From positions 8,682-72,681 of IMG/VR virus record IMGVR_UViG_3300032278_000002: a stretch of 64,000 bases of DNA, one strand, 5' to 3'. The DNA comes from a virus. Each line of letters starts with the position of its first letter. Position 1 is the stretch's first letter. Shown here in pieces: positions 20,067 through 28,338 of this stretch. The notes under the pieces are model-generated. The model saw nothing but the letters and a program-made list of their open reading frames with translations, had not been told where the DNA came from and searched no databases. A program made the position numbers and the translations under genes.

Positions 20067-21173
20067 TTAGTTTTCTCGTTTCAAGGAGCGTACGTCATCC
20101 CCAAAGCCAAGTACCCCGGCTTTCTCCAAAGTAGCCTCCAGCACTTTCCGGGCTTTGCCTTTTTCTCCCCTTTCGGACATGGACCCAATTGATTTCTGAA
20201 GCTTGGGCAAACTCACCGTGGCACACTCCAAGAACTCGTCCAAGTCCAGCAAATCCTTCAAAACGTCGTAAACTTCCTGAGTGCTGGTGAATTTAGGGCG
20301 GCCTCGTCGTATATTCAAGTGATAGTTGGGGATTTCGACCCCATCCTCCACCCGCATGGCCATGGCGGATTCCTTTATCTCCCGAATGAAAGCTTCCAAC
20401 GCCGGGACCGCATCCAGCACGGCTGACAAGTATTCCGCATCGTCCATGTCGCCGGCTGGAGGCAGCAGCCCCGGCCTTACCCCACTATTGAGAAATTTTA
20501 CGAAAGAGGGGCAATGTACCTTTCGAGCGCAGTACAAGCAGTTCTTGGGAGCGGCATGGAGTAGTGCCTCGTCTTGAGTGTCGTCGTACTCCTGCACCCT
20601 TTCGACGATGCCTCTGATTTTGACGAGGATTTCCTCCACGCCGTCCCGTGTGAACTGCGCCGTACTGATTACACCTAACCGAGGTTGCAGAAAATGCATA
20701 ATGGCGGTTTCCACGTGAGGGAACTCAGCGAGCGTCCCGGCGACGTAAGCCATTCCCTGTAAATTTACCTCCGCGTCCGCGACGGGCAACCACCCGAACT
20801 TATAATCTATCACGTGCGCGACTTTCCCGAGATCCGTCAAAACCAAGTCGCAGAACCCGTAGACCTCCCCGTCGCAATGGAGTTTCCGCTCGTTGTGGAA
20901 CGAGGGGTTTTCCATGTCGGCCGCCAAATCATCAACGTAATCCTGACAAACGGAAACCAGCTCCTTCAAGTTAGCGGGAAGCTTGGACCAATTCCCGGAA
21001 TCCAGCGCCTCGTGGCAGTCGATGCCTTCCAGCGTGACTGGGTGCATCTTGGACTGGTCTTCGAACTCCCGGGCCACGTAACCCGGGCATCCGTCGAAAT
21101 AAGCCAACTTACTCGGGCTGACCCGGGCGTGCTTCCTATCGGAGTGGTCTACTACTAGTTTTATTTTTTTCAT
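20067..21173 (-). CDS. DUF2800/Cas4-like PD-(D/E)XK exonuclease
   Basis: HARVSPS..CPG, EG..H, GFCD, IDYKFG, QGMAY, CLYC....C. Confidence 0.85.
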   Translation of the reverse strand: MKKIKLVVDHSDRKHARVSPSKLAYFDGCPGYVAREFEDQSKMHPVTLEGIDCHEALDSGNWSKLPANLKELVSVCQDYVDDLAADMENPSFHNERKLHCDGEVYGFCDLVLTDLGKVAHVIDYKFGWLPVADAEVNLQGMAYVAGTLAEFPHVETAIMHFLQPRLGVISTAQFTRDGVEEILVKIRGIVERVQEYDDTQDEALLHAAPKNCLYCARKVHCPSFVKFLNSGVRPGLLPPAGDMDDAEYLSAVLDAVPALEAFIREIKESAMAMRVEDGVEIPNYHLNIRRGRPKFTSTQEVYDVLKDLLDLDEFLECATVSLPKLQKSIGSMSERGEKGKARKVLEATLEKAGVLGFGDDVRSLKREN

Positions 21174-21362
21174 CTTAAATTACAGCCCGGAATCTAGGGA
21201 GCGTAAGTTCGGGATGTACCTTCCCGCCAATTGCTCTATCTCTCCGTGGTTCAAAAGGGCCCACATGTGTCATCCCGAACATGGCGTTTACGAAACACTA
21301 CTATTTCACTACATGCAAGGAAAAAAGTTGACTTTTGTAAAAAAAAATCAAAGATCCGCATT
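21174..21362. promoter_or_regulatory. Divergent promoter region
   Basis: Strand switch; TTGACT inside palindrome AAAAGTTGACTTTT (21323-21336). Confidence 0.5.
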
Positions 21363-21536
21363 ATGACTAAGGAAAACGTAAAAAAAGTTGTGGGGGTCCG
21401 GTTGACGGAAACCACTAAAAACAAGCTCGATACGCTCTCCGCCAAGTACCAAGTGTCCGTATCCACGTTAGTGAGGATAGCGGTTAACCGACTTGTCCAA
21501 GACGCGGAGAAAGATAAGGAGATTTCCTTGTCATGA
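21363..21536 (+). CDS. Ribbon-helix-helix regulator
   Basis: VVGVRLTETTKNKLDTLSAKYQVSVSTLVRIAV; start re-assigned. Confidence 0.75.
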   Translation: MTKENVKKVVGVRLTETTKNKLDTLSAKYQVSVSTLVRIAVNRLVQDAEKDKEISLS

Positions 21537-21973
21537 TAGCCGTGGACCCGGGTGTGAAGGGCGGCATGGCCTACGACGTCGGGAGTGGCCCGATATTAAC
21601 CTCGTGGGGAGGCGTCGCCAAAATGTACGAAGAGTTGGAGACAGTGCTTACGGTTATGAAGACCCCGCCTAACACGGCACCCGTCGCATATGTGGAGCAC
21701 GTCACGGCCTCTCCCATCATGGGAAGGAAGGCGGCGTTTACTTTCGGGCACAACTTCGGGCAGTGGGAAACGCTTTTCTTCGCGCTCAACGTGCGCGTGG
21801 AGCTAATCAAGCCACAAGTGTGGCAAAGGGGAATACCGGGGCTTGGTGGAAGTACTCGGAAAAGAGCCTTGAAAGCCCATGCGACGAGACTTTACCCGGA
21901 TCTTAAAGTTACGGCGGCGACACAAGACGCCCTCCTGATACTAGACTACGCAAAAAGGACATATGATGGCTAA
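21533..21973 (+). CDS. RuvC-like Holliday junction resolvase
   Basis: IAVDPGVKGG, YVEHV, AFTFGHNFG, PQVWQ, DALLI. Confidence 0.85.
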   Translation: MIAVDPGVKGGMAYDVGSGPILTSWGGVAKMYEELETVLTVMKTPPNTAPVAYVEHVTASPIMGRKAAFTFGHNFGQWETLFFALNVRVELIKPQVWQRGIPGLGGSTRKRALKAHATRLYPDLKVTAATQDALLILDYAKRTYDG

Positions 21974-22319
21974 AATAGATTATGAACATGGTAAGGACGC
22001 GGACGCGGAAGGATTTGATTACGACAAGTTCGCAACCGAGCTCGGTCTGGAAACACACCAAGCTCGGTTGGCGTTGGAGCTAGCTTGCTCGAACCTAAAA
22101 CTGTTCGACAAGAAACAAAAGGACTACGGCAGTGCGAATATCTCCAATAACCCCATGCCAGAGTTCGGGGTGGCTATCCGGGCCAACGACAAAATCCAAC
22201 GAATAATGAATCTTCTGGGGAAAGACACGGCTCAATGTGAGTCTAGAGAGGACTCGTGGATGGATTTGGCGAACTACGGCCTTATCGGATATATGGTGGC
22301 AACGGGACTTTGGAGGTAA
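21963..22319 (+). CDS. DUF1599 / nucleotide-modification-associated domain protein
   Basis: KKQKDYG..N, IRANDKIQR, EDSWMDLANYGLI. Confidence 0.8.
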   Translation: MMAKIDYEHGKDADAEGFDYDKFATELGLETHQARLALELACSNLKLFDKKQKDYGSANISNNPMPEFGVAIRANDKIQRIMNLLGKDTAQCESREDSWMDLANYGLIGYMVATGLWR

Positions 22320-22323
22320 TGGG

Positions 22324-22662
22324 ATGAACGGAGCAGCGGGCAACCCGAGAAACCTACCGGACGGCATCGACTATAGCGCTATGTTGGACGTCAAGGCGTC
22401 TGTCGAGAGGGTAGCTCTCGAAATGGAGCGGATGGACAACCCCAACATAAAACTATTTGATGAATTGGCTCCTGCCTTCATGGGCTTCGCCACACGAGGT
22501 TCGAGCTCCGAACCGATGGCAGCCTATGATTACGACAAATGTAGCACTTTGCTACAAGAACGGCAGAAGTGGACTCAAGAAGAGGCCATCGAGTATCTGG
22601 AGTTCAACTACGTGAACGCTTGGTTCGGGGACGGGACGCCCTTCTTCGTGAAGACTGTTTAG
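22324..22662 (+). CDS. Conserved phage hypothetical protein
   Basis: AYDYDKC..EEAIEYLEFNYVNAWFGDGTP motif; start re-assigned. Confidence 0.65.
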   Translation: MNGAAGNPRNLPDGIDYSAMLDVKASVERVALEMERMDNPNIKLFDELAPAFMGFATRGSSSEPMAAYDYDKCSTLLQERQKWTQEEAIEYLEFNYVNAWFGDGTPFFVKTV

Positions 22663-22753
22663 CCTTCTTGTTCATCTTGGCGGCGTAGGCTTTCCCCTTC
22701 TTGGTGTAGGACGCCTTTTGTTTCCGTCCCCGGCTGTCGGTGTATGATGGCAC
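22604..22753 (-). CDS. Small very basic protein (49 aa)
   Basis: Manual translation, GAGG then GTG: MPSYTDSRGRKQKASYTKKGKAYAAKMNKKAKQSSRRRASRPRTKRSRS. Confidence 0.45.
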   Translation of the reverse strand: MPSYTDSRGRKQKASYTKKGKAYAAKMNKKAKQSSRRRASRPRTKRSRS

Positions 22754-22847
22754 GGTCCTCATCATGTAGTCTATGGGGTGGGTGCGTCAAGTCTTCTTGA
22801 TCGTACTGCCGGGCTACTTCCAAACAAAGTTCCACCTCCGTCTCATC

Positions 22848-23087
22848 AATGACATGAGGCTTTCTCTTCATGTCATTGCGTAAAACGTTCGAAATGAGCG
22901 AGATCCAGCCCAAAATGACATGATGACATGTAATCCGGCCAAAAACCCAATAAATGTTATTACCTTATATATACTCACACTTTTTTACTGTTTTACATGT
23001 CATCATGTCATTGGCGTATATAGTGTGCTGGATACCAAAGAGTTATGAAATGACATGTAAGAATACCCTCATGTCATTCATGTCATT
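22848..23087. repeat. Iteron array, probable replication origin
   Basis: Nine ATGACATG units in three inverted groups; perfect 20-bp IR 22914-22933/22993-23012 around an AT-rich core. Confidence 0.75.
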
Positions 23088-23385
23088 CCTCGTTCCATCC
23101 AATTTTTAGCCCTGAGTCGTCGGACCAGCACGTAGCTTGGGTTTTAGCGGATTTGAAGGGCATATAGCACCCACACCCGAATCCGACGGCATTGGGTCCG
23201 CAAGTCTTGGAGTCCCGGTTATATATAGGACATTGCCGGCATTTCCTCATTCGGCTCCACCACAGTTTGCGGCCCGCGTTCCTCCCTATTGCGAGTAAAA
23301 CCATTTTCCAGAGCGTGAGGGGGTTTCTAAGCCCTCCCACTGCCTTAGCCCATTCCTTCAGTCTGCGGCGGTTTATGATACCCAT
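23083..23385 (-). CDS. Cys-rich, probably Zn-binding protein
   Basis: RMRKCRQCP..C..CGCYMPFK..CW. Confidence 0.6.
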   Translation of the reverse strand: MGIINRRRLKEWAKAVGGLRNPLTLWKMVLLAIGRNAGRKLWWSRMRKCRQCPIYNRDSKTCGPNAVGFGCGCYMPFKSAKTQATCWSDDSGLKIGWNEE

Positions 23386-23488
23386 ACGCTCGATTAAACC
23401 CCAAAAGCACCGGGACACGAGCAAAAAGTTTGAGAATGCTCCGACTAGAGACGCCCTATGTTATACTCGTACGCAGGCAAAAGAGCAA

Positions 23489-23540
23489 ACCCCCCTTGCC
23501 CCCCTTCCCTAGTGGTATGGTTTGGGTAGTACCCTACCAC
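23489..23540. other. Probable genome terminus / packaging site
   Basis: C-tracts at the strand switch, hairpin GTGGTA..TACCAC, abrupt loss of restriction palindromes downstream. Confidence 0.45.
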
Positions 23541-23599
23541 AATCTCCTTGCTTCGGCTTATAGTCTAACCGCAACAGAAACCAAGTGACCAACAAAACA

Positions 23600-24145
23600 A
23601 TGAGTAAGACTCCACTACCTGCTTCCCTTGGCGGAAGCGTCTCGATGCTTGACCTAATAGGGAAAGCCCGAGCTGAAATAGACACGAAACATACGGACAA
23701 TACACAATCCGCTTATGATAACCTCGTGTCCGTTAACGAATCGACTGGCGTAATAACCTTCGGTTCCCACGGGGTAGACATGACCCGTGAAAAGACTGCT
23801 GACGGCAAGTTCGTTGCAATGACCTCTGAGCAATCAGGAGCAAGGCAAGCCAACAGCCAAGCCAAGAAACATATTGGCAACACAATGACCAAGGAGCAGT
23901 CCGATGAGCATGGACTCGCAATCCTTGCCGATATAACCGCTGACCCTAACCTTCGGATTATCGGCATCGCAAAGGACGGCAAGTATGGGTGGAAGATAAT
24001 GGTTCAAGATGTATCGGGAACCAAGTCCATCCTTCAAGTCCAGTCCGAGCATCTCCAAGCTCACGAGGCTACCATCGAGGAGATTGTGAAGGCTGGCGAT
24101 GTCGGAGCCGTGATGAAGTTCCTTGACGACTTGGTGAACCTGTAA
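23600..24145 (+). CDS. First early gene, hypothetical
   Basis: 181 aa, A/C-rich leader, followed by a terminator. Confidence 0.7.
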   Translation: MSKTPLPASLGGSVSMLDLIGKARAEIDTKHTDNTQSAYDNLVSVNESTGVITFGSHGVDMTREKTADGKFVAMTSEQSGARQANSQAKKHIGNTMTKEQSDEHGLAILADITADPNLRIIGIAKDGKYGWKIMVQDVSGTKSILQVQSEHLQAHEATIEEIVKAGDVGAVMKFLDDLVNL

Positions 24146-24157
24146 TCCGACAGGTTT

Positions 24158-24197
24158 CCGCTAGCCCAATTCGGGGCTAGCGGTTCACGCTTTTTTT
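24158..24197 (+). terminator. Rho-independent terminator
   Basis: CCGCTAGCCC/GGGCTAGCGG stem and T7 run. Confidence 0.7.
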
Positions 24198-24204
24198 AGG
24201 GGTA

Positions 24205-24221
24205 TGACCTGTGGACATCAA
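24205..24221 (+). repeat. Early-region motif copy 1 (TGACCTGTGGACATCAA)
   Basis: Recurs at 25102 and 26432 and, inverted, at 41888-41904. Confidence 0.85.
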
Positions 24222-24263
24222 TGCAGGGCATCCATTTTAACCACTAACCACGAGGATATAATT

Positions 24264-24503
24264 ATGTTCTGTCTCTATTGTTTCGGGAAGTTCATCCAAA
24301 CTTTGAATGCACTCCCAACATTCCATGACCTTGGTCCAGACCCAGTCACGGACCACATCGATGCCGACAAGGATGGCATAACCCAATGGATTCCCTTGGG
24401 CAAAACCGATGCCTTGTCTCCGTTGGTTGTCGAATGGGAAGACAACCCACCACATCCAAGCCCAGCCGAACGGGCTGAACTGCTTGAGGAGCTACGCTCA
24501 TGA
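24264..24503 (+). CDS. Early hypothetical protein
   Basis: GAGGA then ATG; 79 aa. Confidence 0.55.
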   Translation: MFCLYCFGKFIQTLNALPTFHDLGPDPVTDHIDADKDGITQWIPLGKTDALSPLVVEWEDNPPHPSPAERAELLEELRS

Positions 24504-24802
24504 AGTTCAAGACCTTGAGCTGTCAAACGATGACCAAGAAAGAACTCAAGACAATGCTCAAGCTTGAGGTTGCCTTGTCTCTTGATGACATCAAGCAACT
24601 CAAACGCATCCTTAGCAAGGGATGCCATCCCGACCATCACAAGACTCTCGGCTTGTCGAAGAAGACTTGCGAGAGGTTGATGAAGGATGTGAACCAACTC
24701 ATCAAGGACTTGGAGGACTGCACTATCCTCCACGACTCCATGGTTCGACAACTCGATGAACGAGGGCTTCATCGAGGGAACACCAAACTCCTCAAGGAAT
24801 AA
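24500..24802 (+). CDS. Early hypothetical protein
   Basis: 100 aa, ATGA coupling. Confidence 0.6.
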   Translation: MKFKTLSCQTMTKKELKTMLKLEVALSLDDIKQLKRILSKGCHPDHHKTLGLSKKTCERLMKDVNQLIKDLEDCTILHDSMVRQLDERGLHRGNTKLLKE

Positions 24803-24847
24803 CACTTTGCTTTTCATCACCATGCGTTACATCACAAAGTCCTCGGC

Positions 24848-25084
24848 AGTGAGGCACAATTGGGAGGATTGCCTTCATGTATTAGCTCTAGGAACAGAGG
24901 AGGGTGGCACCCTCGGGCAAACAGCCGATAGCAAGGAGAAAAACGGGTTGGCTCATGACCAATCCAAGCGAGAGGTACGCTTTAGTGTAATGCTACGGCT
25001 AGATAACCAAGACCTCGAAGTATCCGAGCGGGTTCCATCTCCTCGGTGGTTGCATACCACCGAGGAGAGCCTGTTTACCTCACT
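24848..25084 (+). ncRNA. Putative structured ncRNA (~240 nt), family unknown
   Basis: Closing AGUGAGG/CCUCACU helix; AGCCG(A)UAGCA/UGCUACGGCU helix; 13-bp hairpin 25038-25068; several further hairpins. Confidence 0.6.
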
Positions 25085-25101
25085 TTATTTAAGGGGTGAC
25101 A

Positions 25102-25115
25102 ACTGTGGACATCAA
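25102..25115 (+). repeat. Early-region motif copy 2
   Basis: ACTGTGGACATCAA after T-rich run and GGGG. Confidence 0.8.
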
Positions 25116-25162
25116 CGCACAACACCCCTTTTAACCACACCAACATCGAACAGAAAGACCAA

Positions 25163-25744
25163 ATGAATATATATCTAATGCTACTACGACTCGTTCTCGC
25201 AGTCGTTGACCTTGCCAAGAAGCACAGACTCAAGGCGAGGGAGATTGACCCAGTCCTTCAACTTGTCAGCGATATCTCGGAGGCAACTGTCCATGAGGAA
25301 TGCCACCGCGAGACTCTGAGTGAACGAGCCACTACTCTAGCCAACGAGCTCGCCACCGCTATTGATGACCTCGACCGGAAATACAAAGCTCAAGAGCTCA
25401 CCGAGGAACAGGGGTGGAAAGAGCGGAGGTCACTCCACACGCACATCGGACAAGCACGGGAGCGGGTGAAAGAGATGGGTAACTTGGACGAGCACAAGGA
25501 CATCTACAAGGCGGTGGCTATCTACGAGCAGGTGCTGATAGAACTTTGCGTCATGTTCCCTCGCACCAATGTACCGCTGGAGGTCGACCGCCGGAAAGGC
25601 TCGGGTACTATAAATGCCTTCCCCGAAGGAGTACTGCCCAACGGTGACACCATCCATGTTATAGAAGCTGACGGCACGGGTGCGGACATCTCCGACCTCG
25701 AAGCCTTTCGAACCGCAGCTAACAACAAGGGAGACCAATCATAA
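25163..25744 (+). CDS. Early hypothetical helical protein
   Basis: 193 aa. Confidence 0.65.
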   Translation: MNIYLMLLRLVLAVVDLAKKHRLKAREIDPVLQLVSDISEATVHEECHRETLSERATTLANELATAIDDLDRKYKAQELTEEQGWKERRSLHTHIGQARERVKEMGNLDEHKDIYKAVAIYEQVLIELCVMFPRTNVPLEVDRRKGSGTINAFPEGVLPNGDTIHVIEADGTGADISDLEAFRTAANNKGDQS

Positions 25745-26019
25745 TGGGTAAACCAAATCACTCACCGAAGGGTAAGGGCCGGAACTGGTGGTATCGCATC
25801 CGCAACATCCGAAAGGACCAAAAGGACGCCGCAGACCGCAACACCCACAAGAAATTCGTTGCGGAGGAGGAGAAGAAGAAGGAGAGCCGGGAAGCATCCA
25901 TACCATCCGTCCTCCCCGAACGCCTGCGTAACATCGGCCCAGTTAGCCCGAAGGCTACCACCAACTGGTTTGGCAAAGCATGGTCTGGCGTGAAGGGTGC
26001 TTTAAGGGGGAAGTCATGA
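25744..26019 (+). CDS. Early basic hypothetical protein
   Basis: 91 aa, TAATG coupling. Confidence 0.6.
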   Translation: MGKPNHSPKGKGRNWWYRIRNIRKDQKDAADRNTHKKFVAEEEKKKESREASIPSVLPERLRNIGPVSPKATTNWFGKAWSGVKGALRGKS

Positions 26020-26348
26020 AGGTTACGGTAGGACTCAAGATGGGCGAAGGTGTCGCTGGCTTCCTGTTCAAGTTAGGCGACCTCGTCCTTGAAAACTCTT
26101 ACTCGAACATTTCGGGTGGACCCAATGCCAAGGAGGACATGGAGGAAGCCATCGAGGCTTTCATCCGTGAGATGCGGGAGCTGGGTCATGAAATCATCGT
26201 TGACCCAAGCATCATCGCCAAACTCAAGGAAACTTATCCTTACTTCAAGCTCCCTTCCCTCGAGAACAAGGGACCATACGATGATGCCATGGCAGATGCG
26301 GATATCGAGGAAGCAGGGGAAAACCTCGCAAAGGATTGGGTAGATTAA
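26016..26348 (+). CDS. Early acidic hypothetical protein
   Basis: Start re-assigned to MKVTVG (ATGA overlap). Confidence 0.6.
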   Translation: MKVTVGLKMGEGVAGFLFKLGDLVLENSYSNISGGPNAKEDMEEAIEAFIREMRELGHEIIVDPSIIAKLKETYPYFKLPSLENKGPYDDAMADADIEEAGENLAKDWVD

Positions 26349-26376
26349 TGTTTGACCTTCGCCCCTACCAACACAC

Positions 26377-26420
26377 GACCCAGCTCATCATCGCCATGGT
26401 GAGCTGGGTCACCTTTTTTT
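26377..26420 (+). terminator. Rho-independent terminator
   Basis: GACCCAGCTCATCAT/ATGGTGAGCTGGGTC stem and T7. Confidence 0.75.
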
Positions 26421-26431
26421 GGGGGATTTCG

Positions 26432-26445
26432 CCTGTGGACATCAA
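26432..26445 (+). repeat. Early-region motif copy 3
   Basis: CCTGTGGACATCAA after T7-GGGGG. Confidence 0.85.
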
Positions 26446-26465
26446 TTTAACAACACACCAATAAC

Positions 26466-26792
26466 ATGAAGAAGCTAAAATATATTTGCGTCTACTTGCA
26501 CGGCACGACCCTCCTTGACGACTGCCTTCCCCACGAAGCCCAACTTGTTCCCCCATTCAATCCTCAAGCCGTGTGGGATGCTGGTGTGGAGGAGATGAAC
26601 GAAGCCATGCACCAAGTCGGTAATAACGAACGCAGTCGGCTACTGGCAACGTTGCTCATGCGTTTCCAACAATTTCTTCCGTCCCATGATGCCATGATAG
26701 CATTGAATGGCGTAGCCAAGCTAATGCATGACACGGACACAACGAACGGAACCGTAATTATTATTCGTAAAGACGGGAGTACCCGTCTGTAA
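26466..26792 (+). CDS. Early hypothetical protein
   Basis: 108 aa. Confidence 0.6.
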   Translation: MKKLKYICVYLHGTTLLDDCLPHEAQLVPPFNPQAVWDAGVEEMNEAMHQVGNNERSRLLATLLMRFQQFLPSHDAMIALNGVAKLMHDTDTTNGTVIIIRKDGSTRL

Positions 26793-26817
26793 CAACCAAA
26801 AAGAAAGACCAAGACCA

Positions 26818-27309
26818 ATGACAACACCCAATGATACCGACATCCGCTCTGATATTGAGCAAGAAGTCGATGAAATACAGAAGAAGAACGACAACCAACT
26901 AGTCAATCAACTGCGAGAACTGCGGGAGGGAGACCAATTCATCTCGACCGGTGGTGACGGATGTGCTTTCACCCAGCATCTCAAGTTCTTGATTCTCTTT
27001 GGAGGCACCCTTGCCGAAGAGATGCAGGCCAATCCTCAAGTAATGGGGGACAAGGAAAGCGAGAAGATACTCTTGGGCTTGGAAGTCGCAATCGAGGGAA
27101 TCAATCACATCCTCACATTACCCAGTCAATACGATGTGATTGACAGACTCATCGACCGAGTCGAAGCCTGCGATGCCGAACGCTCCAACCTTCTCAATGC
27201 AGTCGGACAGCAGGAAGCCGGAGGCGAGGCTGTCTACTTGGAAGATTGGAAAAAGGACGGCTCACTTCCCTTCACCTTCCCATCCGGAATCGGGAGAGAC
27301 CAATCATGA
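26818..27309 (+). CDS. Early acidic hypothetical protein
   Basis: 163 aa, D/E-rich. Confidence 0.65.
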   Translation: MTTPNDTDIRSDIEQEVDEIQKKNDNQLVNQLRELREGDQFISTGGDGCAFTQHLKFLILFGGTLAEEMQANPQVMGDKESEKILLGLEVAIEGINHILTLPSQYDVIDRLIDRVEACDAERSNLLNAVGQQEAGGEAVYLEDWKKDGSLPFTFPSGIGRDQS

Positions 27310-28082
27310 CAGTACTGGATACAATACTAGCGACCTTCATCCTTGTGGTGCTTGGGTTCACGCTTCGTGGTTTGGTGGCTTACGCCAGTGAACGCCAAAG
27401 ACTAAGGCTCCCCAAGCCAGTTCATGAGGACAAGGCATTCCGTGACAAGTTGGACTCAATCAAACATGAGGACAATGTCATAAGCTTCTTTGATGACCTC
27501 GGCCCTCCTCCATCCCAACTTGATATCAGCGGTTTCATGCATAACCATCGTTCGGTTGAGGAGTATCAACTCTACGGTATTCGCCGCTGCTGTCGGCTGC
27601 TCCTCGACCCAATACATCCACACAGCGAGGATTGGCCTTGGAGATGCCGAGCACGCTTGGGAGGTGTCTCCGGTTACAGGGGAAATCGCTTCCACTCCCT
27701 GCCCAAGAAGGTTCTGTATCAGCAAGCCCTTGAGTATTTGTCGGAGAATGCATCGCACCACCAGCTCCTTGATTGGAAAAGCTTCTACCGCAACCACCCC
27801 GAAGAAGAAATTGCCATGATAGCGGAATCCCAATCAATGGGCGGTCATAGCATCCCCGAAATGTCCAAGGAAATATGCCAAGCTCTCGGATCAATGCTCA
27901 CCCCCCGCCAACAACTCGACACCTTGTGCAAGGAGATATTCCCCGACATGGAACCGTACGCCGCTCGCTCTCGATTCCGATGGTACAACAGGCGATGGGT
28001 GCAAACCCATGACGAGGCAGGGACGCCTGTGGACATGGCAGACAAGGCAATCGAAAAGGGAGGACACCACGATGTCAGTTGA
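27306..28082 (+). CDS. Membrane-anchored hypothetical protein
   Basis: N-terminal TM ILATFILVVLGFTL; start re-assigned. Confidence 0.6.
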   Translation: MTVLDTILATFILVVLGFTLRGLVAYASERQRLRLPKPVHEDKAFRDKLDSIKHEDNVISFFDDLGPPPSQLDISGFMHNHRSVEEYQLYGIRRCCRLLLDPIHPHSEDWPWRCRARLGGVSGYRGNRFHSLPKKVLYQQALEYLSENASHHQLLDWKSFYRNHPEEEIAMIAESQSMGGHSIPEMSKEICQALGSMLTPRQQLDTLCKEIFPDMEPYAARSRFRWYNRRWVQTHDEAGTPVDMADKAIEKGGHHDVS

Positions 28083-28338
28083 CAACATATTGAAGAGAGC
28101 GGGGTTTCATTCCCCCGACCAAGTGAAGGAACATCTCGCCTCGATACCTAGTTCGGTCGATGGCGTCATTGGCTCCCGAAAATTCATTCATGCTCCCAGT
28201 TCCCGTCTCGTGAATGCCTTGCTGTACCAAGGAATCAATCATGTCACGCCGTTGATGCCCGGTGAGGTAAACACGGGGCGTGCGTGGAGGTGCCCGACCA
28301 ACGAAGTTCGTAATTACGAAGGAGGTTACTGTGAATAA
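28072..28338 (+). CDS. Hypothetical protein
   Basis: GGAGG then ATG (MSVDNIL). Confidence 0.55.
   Translation: MSVDNILKRAGFHSPDQVKEHLASIPSSVDGVIGSRKFIHAPSSRLVNALLYQGINHVTPLMPGEVNTGRAWRCPTNEVRNYEGGYCE

Noticed and set aside
22848-23087. Possible CRISPR or mini-array
   Set aside because: Repeats are short, inverted and irregularly spaced; no cas genes (DUF2800 is a replication nuclease)
24835-25005. RNase P-like words (AAAGTCC, AACAGAG..GCAAAC.GCCGAT)
   Set aside because: The conserved 3' P4 strand is absent and the element is too short
24915-25060. tmRNA resemblance (GCAAAC; TACGCTTTAGTGTAA = YALV-stop; GCGGGTTC)
   Set aside because: GCA AAC and YALV are in different frames; no Ala acceptor stem, proper T-arm or CCA end
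24756-25166. 136-aa ORF over the structured RNA
   Set aside because: Crosses dense hairpins and a junction element that is intergenic elsewhere; probably spurious but not excluded
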